This document shows, piece by piece, positions 17,318 through 25,196 of a DNA stretch of 25,196 nucleotides. Position numbers and translations under genes: made by a program. The notes under the pieces are model-generated. The model searched no databases and was not told the DNA's origin. It saw only the letters and a list, made by a program, of their open reading frames with translations. Each line of letters begins with the position of its first letter. The first letter of the stretch is position 1. Source of the DNA: an uncultured Thermococci archaeon (GTDB taxonomy: Archaea > Methanobacteriota_B > Thermococci > Thermococcales > Thermococcaceae); contig CAZTOS010000007.1 in the NCBI GenBank assembly GCA_964615185.1, positions 7,074 through 32,269 of the forward strand. The letters run 5' to 3'.

Positions 17318-19630
17318 ATGTATTTGCGAAGGGATTTAATTCAACCCCGTGTCTATCAGGAAGTCATCTATGCTAAGTGCAAGGATAAGAATAGTTTAAT
17401 TGTTCTTCCAACCGGTTTAGGAAAAACGCTCATTGCAATGATGATTGCTGATTATAGACTGTCAAAATACGGTGGGAAGGTTTTAATGCTTGCTCCAACG
17501 AAACCTCTCGCCCTGCAACACAGAGAAAGCTTCATTAGGCTTTTTAACCTGCCACCTGAGAAAATCAACGTTTTAACTGGCGAGCTTCCACCAGAGCAAC
17601 GAACCAAAATCTGGGAGAGGAGCATAATCATCACGGCGACTCCTCAAACGATTGAAAATGATCTCCTCGTTGGAAGAATAAGCTTAGAAGATGTTGTTCT
17701 GCTTGTCTTTGACGAAGCTCATAGGGCTGTTGGCAACTATGCATATGTTTACATTGCCAAAGAATACATACAACAGGCAAAACACCCTCTCATTTTAGGT
17801 CTAACAGCTTCACCAGGTAATGATGAGGAGAAAATAAGACAAGTTCTAAAGAATTTGTACATCGAGCATGTTGAGGTGAGAACTGAGAACTCTCCAGATG
17901 TTAGACCTTATGTTCAGGGCATCAGATTTGAGTGGATTAAAGTTGAACTGCCCGGGATTTACAAGGAGGTTAGAAAGCTCTTGAGGGAGATGCTTAAAGA
18001 TGCCCTAAAACCTTTGGCCGAAGCTGGCTTAGTTGATTCCTACTCTCCAGACATACCAAAGAAAGACGTCCTCAAAGCGGGGCAGATAATCAATGCCGAA
18101 GTCGCAAAAGGGAATTACGAAATTGGGAAGCTCATGCTCTATCAAGCTAAAGCTATGAAGCTTCACCATGCCATTGAGCTTTTGGAGACGCAGGGATTAA
18201 CAGCACTGAGAGCTTATCTAAAAAGGCTTTACGAAGAAAGGCAAACAAAATCAAACAAAGAACTTATAAGCGATCCAAGAATGAAGAAGGCAATATCGCT
18301 CTTAATTCAAGCCAGGGATTTAGGATTGGATCATCCAAAAATGGATAAGCTAAAGGATCTTATAGAAGAGCAGCTTGAGAAAAAACCAAACTCAAAGATA
18401 ATTGTTTTCACGAATTATAGAGACACCGCGAAGAAAATAGTTAAGGAGTTAGCTGATATGGGGATTAAAGTTTCACGCTTCGTTGGACAAGCAAGCAGAG
18501 AGGATGACAAGGGAATGAGCCAGAAGAAGCAGAAAGAAATTCTTGACCTCTTCTCTCAGGGAGTGTTTAACGTCCTTGTTGCTACAAGTGTCGGTGAGGA
18601 AGGTTTGGATGTTCCAGAAGTTGATTTGGTTGTATTCTATGAGCCGGTGCCCTCAGCAATTAGAAGCATACAGAGAAGGGGAAGGACTGGAAGGCACAAG
18701 CCCGGCAGAGTTGTGATTTTAATGGCAAAAGGAACGAGAGATGAAGCCTACTACTGGAGTTCATGGCACAAGGAAAAGCAGATGGTAGCTGTCCTTAAGA
18801 AGGTGGGTGAGATGGTTAAAAAAGAGAAGCAGGCTTCCCTTTTGGGATTTGTTAAGCCCAAAAAGGAGGAAGAAAAAGGGGAAATTATTGTTAGAGAAGA
18901 GAAAGAACAGCAGAAAGCCGAAGTTTCAAAAGAGGAAATCTATGAAGAACTTCCAGTTAAGCCAATTTTTGTGAGAAAGCCCAAAGGGATCGTTATCTAT
19001 GTTGATTCCCGTGAGCTGAAGAGTCAAGTGCCCAAGTATCTTAAGGAACTTGGAGCTCACATTGAAGTCAAAACTCTGGATGTCGGTGACTACATAGTCA
19101 GCGAGGATGTGGCTGTTGAAAGAAAGTCGGCAAATGATTTCATTCAGTCCATAATTGACGGACGTCTCTTTGACCAAGTGAGGAGATTAACAGAGGCCTA
19201 TGCGAGACCTGTGATAATCATTGAGGGACAGCTTTATGGAATTAGGAATGTTCATCCCAATGCAATTAGAGGGGCTTTAGCTGCCGTAACCATCGATTGG
19301 GGTGTGCCAATCCTCTTTTCTGCTGATGCTAAAGAGACAGCACAGTTCATCTACTTAATCGCAAAGAGAGAGCAGGAGGAAAGGAAAAAGGAAGTGGCTG
19401 TTAGGAGCGAGAAGAAGGCATTGACTTTAGCGGATAGGCAGAGACTGATAGTTGAAGGCTTACCTTATGTTTCAGCAACTTTAGCGAAGCGTTTACTCAA
19501 ACATTTTGGAAGCGTTGAAAGGGTTTTCACAGCAAAAGAAAGCGAGCTCATGGAAGTTGAAGGAATTGGAGAGAAAATAGCAAGGGAAATTAGGAAGGTT
19601 ATTACTGCCCCGTACATGGAGGAGGAGTAG
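17318..19630 (+). CDS. hef: Hef helicase-associated endonuclease for fork-structured DNA (FANCM/ERCC4-like)
   Basis: SF2 motifs PTGLGKT, DEAH, TAS, QRRGRTGR; charged linker; ERCC4 VDSRE...GDY...ERKS and tandem HhH; no intein-sized insertion. Confidence 0.96.
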   Translation: MYLRRDLIQPRVYQEVIYAKCKDKNSLIVLPTGLGKTLIAMMIADYRLSKYGGKVLMLAPTKPLALQHRESFIRLFNLPPEKINVLTGELPPEQRTKIWERSIIITATPQTIENDLLVGRISLEDVVLLVFDEAHRAVGNYAYVYIAKEYIQQAKHPLILGLTASPGNDEEKIRQVLKNLYIEHVEVRTENSPDVRPYVQGIRFEWIKVELPGIYKEVRKLLREMLKDALKPLAEAGLVDSYSPDIPKKDVLKAGQIINAEVAKGNYEIGKLMLYQAKAMKLHHAIELLETQGLTALRAYLKRLYEERQTKSNKELISDPRMKKAISLLIQARDLGLDHPKMDKLKDLIEEQLEKKPNSKIIVFTNYRDTAKKIVKELADMGIKVSRFVGQASREDDKGMSQKKQKEILDLFSQGVFNVLVATSVGEEGLDVPEVDLVVFYEPVPSAIRSIQRRGRTGRHKPGRVVILMAKGTRDEAYYWSSWHKEKQMVAVLKKVGEMVKKEKQASLLGFVKPKKEEEKGEIIVREEKEQQKAEVSKEEIYEELPVKPIFVRKPKGIVIYVDSRELKSQVPKYLKELGAHIEVKTLDVGDYIVSEDVAVERKSANDFIQSIIDGRLFDQVRRLTEAYARPVIIIEGQLYGIRNVHPNAIRGALAAVTIDWGVPILFSADAKETAQFIYLIAKREQEERKKEVAVRSEKKALTLADRQRLIVEGLPYVSATLAKRLLKHFGSVERVFTAKESELMEVEGIGEKIAREIRKVITAPYMEEE

Positions 19631-19712
19631 CATTTGATCAAAATGTCTATAGGAGTTCAGTGCATTCCTCTTAGTGTAGCGGGCTTATAATGAATTTCAC
19701 TCCAGTTAGAAG

Positions 19713-19826
19713 TCCTTACTTGAGTTCACATTTTTAGATGCCCGAAGGGCGTCAGTTTTCAGAAACTCCACCTAAAAATGGCACTGATAAGTGAATTCAA
19801 ATAAAATAGCTTGCTCAAGCAAGGGC
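19713..19826. repeat. Nested imperfect inverted-repeat element with central GATGCCC-GAA-GGGCGTC hairpin
   Basis: CATTTTTAG (19729-19737) and CTAAAAATG (19772-19780) are perfect inverted arms; TTGAGTTCAC/GTGAATTCAA 9/10; CCTTACTTGAGT/GCTCAAGCAAGG 10/12. Confidence 0.55.
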
Positions 19827-19830
19827 TGAA

Positions 19831-19901
19831 ATGTGCCCCGGGGGAGCGGAGGGAACTCACAGCTCGCCTCCGCGCTCATTCCCCACGGTTGCCCGGGGCA
19901 T
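19831..19901 (-). ncRNA. Single-hairpin box H/ACA pseudouridylation guide sRNA (candidate)
   Basis: GC-rich island; minus strand has lower stem GCCCCGGG/CCCGGGGC, an internal-loop pocket, upper stem GGGAAU/GUUCCC, K-turn (GA-GC...GC-UGU-GA), ACA directly 3' of the stem, and BRE/TATA-like GAAAAAAGCTTAAG about 25 nt upstream. Confidence 0.8.
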
Positions 19902-20031
19902 TATAAATTCCACGCATTCAAACTTAAGCTTTTTTCATAACCTTCAGGAATATTCATGAAGGAGGGTAATAATTACGGCTCATGAAAAAGGTTATATAGA
20001 GCTTTTTTCTTAAAATAGAGTGGTGATATGT

Positions 20032-20271
20032 ATGAAAATCGTCGAATTAAACATTAGACTCCCATATGATAAAAGAGGAAAAATTCTGAGCAGATTGTGT
20101 GATAGGGTTAGGGGTAAGATCAAGGATATACACTTCTTCCCTCCTACAGCCTCTGGAATAAGCGAAATAATAATGGAAGTTGAGACTGAAAATGTTCAAA
20201 AACTTCTCCAAGACTTAAAGAAAATAATAAAAGAAGGGAAAATAAGCTTTAAAATCTTGGCTGAGGCTTAA
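20032..20271 (+). CDS. Small hypothetical protein, possibly ACT/ferredoxin-like fold
   Basis: 79 aa; ATG after GGTGA; promoter GAAAAAGGTTATATA at about 19984-19998; alternating beta-alpha pattern. Confidence 0.7.
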   Translation: MKIVELNIRLPYDKRGKILSRLCDRVRGKIKDIHFFPPTASGISEIIMEVETENVQKLLQDLKKIIKEGKISFKILAEA

Positions 20272-20273
20272 CT

Positions 20274-21116
20274 TTAACGCTGAACTATCGCCCTAACTCC
20301 TGCCGCTGCAAACACTAAAAGCTCAAAGAGCTTGTATGCCTCTTCTACATTCTTTGCTTCAAACTCCACAGTTTTTCCATCAATTCTCTTCACAGTAGGT
20401 AAGAGCTCAGCCGTGTCTGCCATCTCACTTCCTAAGAAGCGAAGCTTAACCTTCACGGGCTCTTCTGTTTTTAACGGTTTAGTTTCTCCACGCTTAAACT
20501 TCTCAACAGCTCTATCTACTGCTTCCCTCAGCTTCTTTTCAAGCTTCGCTAAGCTTGGACTTTTAGCTGAGCATCTTGATAAAGCGTTTTTGAAAATAAC
20601 TCCTTCAGCCCAAGGGGTGAAACTTTTCACGTCTTCTTCAATCAGCTTTGCATCTCCACCAACAAGAACAACTGGAATGTCCCAGCTACCTAAGAGGTAA
20701 CTGTTGAGGAGAAATTCACTTACTTTGACACCATTTATCTCAAGATAATCAACTGTTGCACCACTGTAAGTGTGATCAAAAGTTGCATAGGGAGTTCCTG
20801 CTTTTGCATGATAGCCCAAGAACATTGCAATGTCACTTCCCTTGGCAAAAGCCACCATACTTAAAGGCCTTGGAAATCCCCTTACAAGCTCAACATATTC
20901 TGGGAGTTCTTCAACTAAGAGGTTGACCATAGGGCCATGACTGTCTGCTATGACAATTTCATCAAAACCTTTTTCGTGAAGTGCTTCTGCAACAATCAAC
21001 GTTATTTTGGTAGCTATCTTTCTTGCCTCATTATATAAGGCTCCTTTAACAAAGAGATGCTCTCTGCTGACGACAAAAGGCATGCCCTCTAAATCTATAG
21101 AAATGAAGGCTTTCAC
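20274..21116 (-). CDS. dppA: M55 family D-aminopeptidase
   Basis: ISIDLEG (DxEG), DSHG, GYHAKAG, HT, SE, GD motifs; GTG start after GGTGA. Confidence 0.9.
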   Translation of the reverse strand: MKAFISIDLEGMPFVVSREHLFVKGALYNEARKIATKITLIVAEALHEKGFDEIVIADSHGPMVNLLVEELPEYVELVRGFPRPLSMVAFAKGSDIAMFLGYHAKAGTPYATFDHTYSGATVDYLEINGVKVSEFLLNSYLLGSWDIPVVLVGGDAKLIEEDVKSFTPWAEGVIFKNALSRCSAKSPSLAKLEKKLREAVDRAVEKFKRGETKPLKTEEPVKVKLRFLGSEMADTAELLPTVKRIDGKTVEFEAKNVEEAYKLFELLVFAAAGVRAIVQR

Positions 21117-21251
21117 TTACATCACCAAGACAAATATCGAAACGATAAAAGAAAAGTTTTGTGGTTGCTTTGTCATAATCTTTAGCTGATAAAATGAGGG
21201 CATCAAGAGGAAAGGAGTATAGCAATGGAAAGTGGCTTTTTATATGTAATT

Positions 21252-22415
21252 CTACTCTCGAATGAGTATCCATTTTAGTACTAATGGAAACGGAGAAAGA
21301 AGTATAATCATGCCAATTCCACATATCATTCCATGCTTCGATGATGTTGGAGAGGGTTCCTTTTTCAATTTCGATGTTTTCGTTTCAAAAACGAGCTTGT
21401 GATATTTAACTGGAGGTGCCAGCACCTTCACCCCGCTCACTGAAACCTGAAGAAGTGGCAGTTCCTTAAGGGTTCTGTTCTCATAGAGATACAGGGAAAG
21501 GTTTAGAGGTTTTTGAGGAATACCTTTTCCCGGGTACAGGACTATATTGGCTATCCCAAAGTGGTAGTTACATCCAATTTGTACCCACATACTCTTGTTG
21601 GCAAAGCCCACCCCAATGCTTGGAGGGATTACTAAGAGACCATCACCAAGAGGAACGGCACATGATTGGTTAATGCAGTCAGAACAACCAAAACTTTGCT
21701 CAAGAGATTTAAACGGAATTCGGAAGCGAGACGGCGAGTACAGCACGTAGCTCCCATTAAGTATTGGACGGAGGCATTTTTTATTCCGAAGGTTGCCGGG
21801 ATCAAAGGGAAGCTTACGCAACCACGACTCGTAAGGCTCACTTTTGAGGGTTAGATTCCTCTCATTGCCAACGGCTACGAGTTTAATTGAGTCATCAATT
21901 TTGTACAAGATTCTTTTCCCTTTTGGCCACTCGTAGAGCAGGAGGTAAGGCATTGAAACGTTTGTCTCACCAATTAATGTCACCTCTCCGAGCTTCTGGA
22001 GCACTCCCTCCCGGTAGCGGATTATGGTGACCCTGTCAGAGACTGGAAGATTCTTCATTGGAAAGCTTGTATTGGTTGAGGTGAGGAGGAAAAGATAGAG
22101 CCATCCTTTGTAAAAGGCTAAAGGTGGGAGCTCATATCCAGAAAACCCCATAAAATCAACGTAGTACGCACCGCTTTGGTTAACGTAAAAGATGAAGTAA
22201 GTCCAAAGCTCCATTGGTTTAAGAACTCCCTCCGAAAAATGGCCTGCTTCCTCGTAGTAACCGTAGTCAACTCCAATAAGAGCACCTTTTGAGTCCGCAT
22301 AGAGGACGAATGGCTGAAGTGCGATACCCCATGGATTGGGGCTGGAATCCTGTAATGCTGATACCAGCGGAAGAGCTAAAAAGAGGAGCAAGAGTATTAG
22401 AATGACTTCTTTCAT
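21252..22415 (-). CDS. Secreted surface protein with CGP-CTERM-like C-terminal anchor
   Basis: ATG at 22415 overlaps the upstream stop (ATGA), SD GGAGGGAG; signal peptide MKEVILILLLLFLALPLVSA; S/T/P linker then ICGIG plus hydrophobic tail; many NxS/T sequons. Confidence 0.75.
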   Translation of the reverse strand: MKEVILILLLLFLALPLVSALQDSSPNPWGIALQPFVLYADSKGALIGVDYGYYEEAGHFSEGVLKPMELWTYFIFYVNQSGAYYVDFMGFSGYELPPLAFYKGWLYLFLLTSTNTSFPMKNLPVSDRVTIIRYREGVLQKLGEVTLIGETNVSMPYLLLYEWPKGKRILYKIDDSIKLVAVGNERNLTLKSEPYESWLRKLPFDPGNLRNKKCLRPILNGSYVLYSPSRFRIPFKSLEQSFGCSDCINQSCAVPLGDGLLVIPPSIGVGFANKSMWVQIGCNYHFGIANIVLYPGKGIPQKPLNLSLYLYENRTLKELPLLQVSVSGVKVLAPPVKYHKLVFETKTSKLKKEPSPTSSKHGMICGIGMIILLSPFPLVLKWILIRE

Positions 22416-23365
22416 GAGAACTCCCTCCTGAGGAGTAGGAATGCTATGACTATTAAAACAATAAGGATAAACTTCAGAGACTGAGGATATGAAGATGGTG
22501 CATATTTTGCCGAGCACTCTCTAAGAGTCAAATTTCCTTTGACATAGAAAATGTCAATATATTTCGCTCTCTGTCTCATGGTATCCACGTCATAAATCCA
22601 GTAAAGTACTGGGAGTGCTTCCAGCTTTTTCCCATCATACAAAAAGACGGAGAGAGGTTTAAGAGAGCTTCTAACACCCTCTGCCACTTTATATGGAGGG
22701 GAATACAGACTGACTAAAAAGCTACCGTTCTTAAGTACCAATATCTCTTTCTGAAGTGGTGAATATATTAGTAGGCTGTTTCCCAAAACAACTCCTTTTA
22801 AGTACTTGCTTTCCTCGTCAATCCACAGATACGGCTTAACTTGCATTAGAGGAATTTTCCATGTTCTATTTTCGTCAGAAAATATTATAGTGTTATCAGA
22901 GAGAGCCCCATCAATTTCTTTGCCAGAATGGATAAGAGGTATAGAGCCAGTGATGTTGTATAGTAGAGTGAGGCATTTTGACGTTAGATTAACTGAATAA
23001 ACCGTGTAATGGTTGTAATTTTGATATTTCTCCATTATCCACGAATCATTTTCGTAGTAGAACCATACATCACCAGAGTAAATCCCGACTAAAAACGCTC
23101 CAGTTTTGTTCAGATAAAAAACATAAATTTTCTGAGATGCAGGAGCCATTGTACACTGATATCTCAAATCTCTACTCCAATTTATCCCTGGACACTTAAC
23201 ATAATCAAGAGGTTGTACATCAATCAAAAGAAAAGCATCAGACTCTCCACCATTAACAAACAGCTTTAAGCTAACCCCATTAGCGCTCCAACCATAACCT
23301 AAAGCTAATGGACTAAAAAGGAACAAAATAAAAATTAACAAGAATTCTTCATAGATACTTTTCAC
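22412..23365 (-). CDS. Secreted, C-terminally anchored surface protein; diverged paralog of the downstream gene (start possibly frameshifted)
   Basis: Hydrophobic N-terminus FLLIFILFLFSPLALG; C-terminal TM FILIVLIVIAFLLLRR; motifs shared with the 21252-22415 protein. Confidence 0.7.
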   Translation of the reverse strand: MKSIYEEFLLIFILFLFSPLALGYGWSANGVSLKLFVNGGESDAFLLIDVQPLDYVKCPGINWSRDLRYQCTMAPASQKIYVFYLNKTGAFLVGIYSGDVWFYYENDSWIMEKYQNYNHYTVYSVNLTSKCLTLLYNITGSIPLIHSGKEIDGALSDNTIIFSDENRTWKIPLMQVKPYLWIDEESKYLKGVVLGNSLLIYSPLQKEILVLKNGSFLVSLYSPPYKVAEGVRSSLKPLSVFLYDGKKLEALPVLYWIYDVDTMRQRAKYIDIFYVKGNLTLRECSAKYAPSSYPQSLKFILIVLIVIAFLLLRREFS

Positions 23366-24272
23366 CAAGCCTCACCTGACAGTAACTATTCAAACTGTCT
23401 ATGACCTCAAGACTTACTCCAAAATAGTAAAGTCTGTGATAGAACTTTCTACCTAAAATTTCTTTTTGTGCTTTTATGTAATGGGACGCAAGTTCCTTAC
23501 ATTCCTCTGGTGAATTAAGAGTGCACTGTCTACACTTCCCACAACCAGTGATTACCCCCTCATCAGCTTCCATTGTTATGTATAATCCATTGTTGTGTAT
23601 CCATCTGATGTATTCCTTTAATTCACTGTAGGTATATGGTATTTCCTTATTGCTCTCTGTGGCAATTGTGAGGTATTGATAATAATTTGGCTGAACAAAG
23701 ATGTAATCAAATAGACCGTCCCTGTGAATTGATGGTATGTCCGTATTGTCTCTTTCTGTTGTTCGAGCATAGGGTGCCCAGATAAATTTCAAGCCATATG
23801 AATGAACTATATCAGATAGAATCTCAATGGTTTGAGGATTAATTTGAGGATCTTTGTTCTTTCTATAGTTTGCAAACATCCACCCATTTTCTAATGACCA
23901 GTAGAATCCTTTTAAATTAGAACCCGCAAATTTTAAGACACCTTCAATCCAGTCTGACCAGTATTTATGACTCCCTCTGGGATTATCTCTTGGTTCTGAA
24001 CTTCTATATTGGTAATATGGGATTGTCACATAGAGTGGAATTGTATGTATTACTCTAAATACATCCTCTGCAAAAGTTTCTCCATCTAATTTTCCATTTC
24101 CGGTATACTGAATAGACACTCCCGCTAACCCCTCAGCTATTGCATAGTTAAAACCTCTGCGTTTGAAATCACTCCAATCTGCTGTTCCTTCTTTGTCTTC
24201 AACACTTTCTTTAAGTCTTGATTTGTGATATTCTCCGTCCCAGCTGAAATACCACAATCCAAACGTTGCCAT
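23349..24272 (-). CDS. DUF4855-like protein (putative glycoside-hydrolase-like TIM barrel)
   Basis: LKGFYWSLE, FIWAPY, FDYIFVQPNYY, ITMEAD, YYFG motifs; ATG after GGAGGTG; no signal peptide. Confidence 0.65.
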   Translation of the reverse strand: MATFGLWYFSWDGEYHKSRLKESVEDKEGTADWSDFKRRGFNYAIAEGLAGVSIQYTGNGKLDGETFAEDVFRVIHTIPLYVTIPYYQYRSSEPRDNPRGSHKYWSDWIEGVLKFAGSNLKGFYWSLENGWMFANYRKNKDPQINPQTIEILSDIVHSYGLKFIWAPYARTTERDNTDIPSIHRDGLFDYIFVQPNYYQYLTIATESNKEIPYTYSELKEYIRWIHNNGLYITMEADEGVITGCGKCRQCTLNSPEECKELASHYIKAQKEILGRKFYHRLYYFGVSLEVIDSLNSYCQVRLGEKYL

Positions 24273-24382
24273 ATTAACACCTCCAAGGATTTCTCGTTGA
24301 TTACTATAGTCTATTAATTTTATAATTCTTTCTCTTCAGATTTTGCATACTTTATAAAATAGTAAGCAAAATCTGGAGAATG

Positions 24383-25144
24383 TTACTCTTTAACACCCTT
24401 AATTAAGCTTTCAAGCCTTTTTCTTGCTTCTTCCAAAGAACCAGCTTTTTCGATGGCTGTCCCAGTAACAATAATATCTGCTCCACTTTGAGCAACCTCT
24501 CTGGCATCTTCATAAGTTCTTATTCCACCTCCCACTATGAGTGGAACATCAATAACGCTCTTGACAACTCTGATCATCTCATTTGGAACATGCTTTGGTG
24601 CACCACTTCCAGCCTCAAGGTATACCAATCTCATCCCCAGGTATTGACCAGCCAAAGCATAAGCTGCTGCTATCTTCGGCTTGTGTCTCGGGATTGGCTT
24701 TGCATCTCCAACCCAGCCAACAGTTTCACCGGGCTCAATTATTAAGTAAGCCATCGGAATCGGCTCAATGCCATATCTTTTTACGGTAAATGCACCTAAA
24801 GCTTGAGCACCCGTAATAAAGAATGGATTTCTCGAATTGAGAAGGCTCATGAAAAAGATTGCATCAGCGTATTTCGTAATCCCTCCATGTGAACCGGGGA
24901 AAAGTATTACGGGTAGAGAGGAGCTTTCTTTTATTGCTTTGACTACTTCATCAAGAACCTCACCTTCGGCACCAGTCGAGCCTCCTACCATTATTGCATC
25001 TACCCCGACTTCCTCGCACATTTGAGCTATTTTTGAAGCCTCTTCTGGTGAAACATCATCTGGATCAAGCAGAACAAAGTGCAGCTTTTCTTTTTCAAGC
25101 TTTTCGTGAATATATAATTCAACCTTTCCAAGCTTCAGTTTCAT
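24383..25144 (-). CDS. Geranylgeranylglyceryl phosphate synthase (PcrB family)
   Basis: HFVLLDPD, IMVGGS, LFPG, SLLNSRN, YLEAGSGA, VGGGIR, VTGT. Confidence 0.95.
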   Translation of the reverse strand: MKLKLGKVELYIHEKLEKEKLHFVLLDPDDVSPEEASKIAQMCEEVGVDAIMVGGSTGAEGEVLDEVVKAIKESSSLPVILFPGSHGGITKYADAIFFMSLLNSRNPFFITGAQALGAFTVKRYGIEPIPMAYLIIEPGETVGWVGDAKPIPRHKPKIAAAYALAGQYLGMRLVYLEAGSGAPKHVPNEMIRVVKSVIDVPLIVGGGIRTYEDAREVAQSGADIIVTGTAIEKAGSLEEARKRLESLIKGVKE

Positions 25145-25196
25145 TTCTCTCCCTCCAATAAACTTTGCATTTCACTCAAAGATTTTTGTCGTACTA

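Noticed and set aside
17318..19630. Intein in Hef
   Set aside because: Length of 770 aa and continuous helicase motifs; no splice-junction or LAGLIDADG signatures.
19831..19901. GC-rich hairpin as a tRNA or C/D box sRNA
   Set aside because: No cloverleaf or TTCRA loop and no RUGAUGA/CUGA pair; K-turn plus terminal ACA fits H/ACA.
20332..20700. Numerous 60-130 aa antisense or alternate-frame ORFs (e.g. 867-1187, 5457-5786, 7651-8049, 9416-9706, 20332-20700)
   Set aside because: Shadow ORFs overlapping better-supported genes, with no motifs or SD support.
24338..24360. TTTTGCATAC half-site upstream of the DUF4855-like gene
   Set aside because: No second palindromic arm; likely chance in AT-rich DNA.

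Overview
A 25.2 kb archaeal chromosomal window of about 40% GC. Gene content (Alba, proteasome beta, Hef, GGGP synthase), GGTGA/GGAGG Shine-Dalgarno sites and BRE-TATA promoters indicate Thermococcales, probably Thermococcus (inferred). Housekeeping genes include alaX-S, thrC, a CoA-transferase, psmB, albA, purB, queD, hef, dppA and GGGPS. Main points of interest: (1) An iron-sulfur storage/response cluster at 10.2-17.2 kb encodes two ferredoxin-containing MinD-type ATPases, a radical SAM enzyme, a DUF134 regulator, two NifB/NifX-domain proteins (one IssA/SipA-like) and a small membrane protein; several of these share Gly/Arg-rich tails. Three of its promoters carry the same two palindromic operators, TTTKTGCATAYGCAMAAA and a DtxR-like TTAGG-N4-CCTAA. 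Their order relative to TATA is swapped at the issA-like gene, suggesting a reciprocal two-regulator switch. (2) A minus-strand single-hairpin H/ACA guide RNA candidate (K-turn plus ACA) has a plausible 16S rRNA target and sits next to a nested palindromic element. (3) A DUF4855-like gene is followed by two highly diverged paralogous membrane-anchored surface proteins. (4) An AT-rich islet after purB contains a probably frameshifted membrane gene. No tRNA, rRNA, CRISPR array or transposase was seen.
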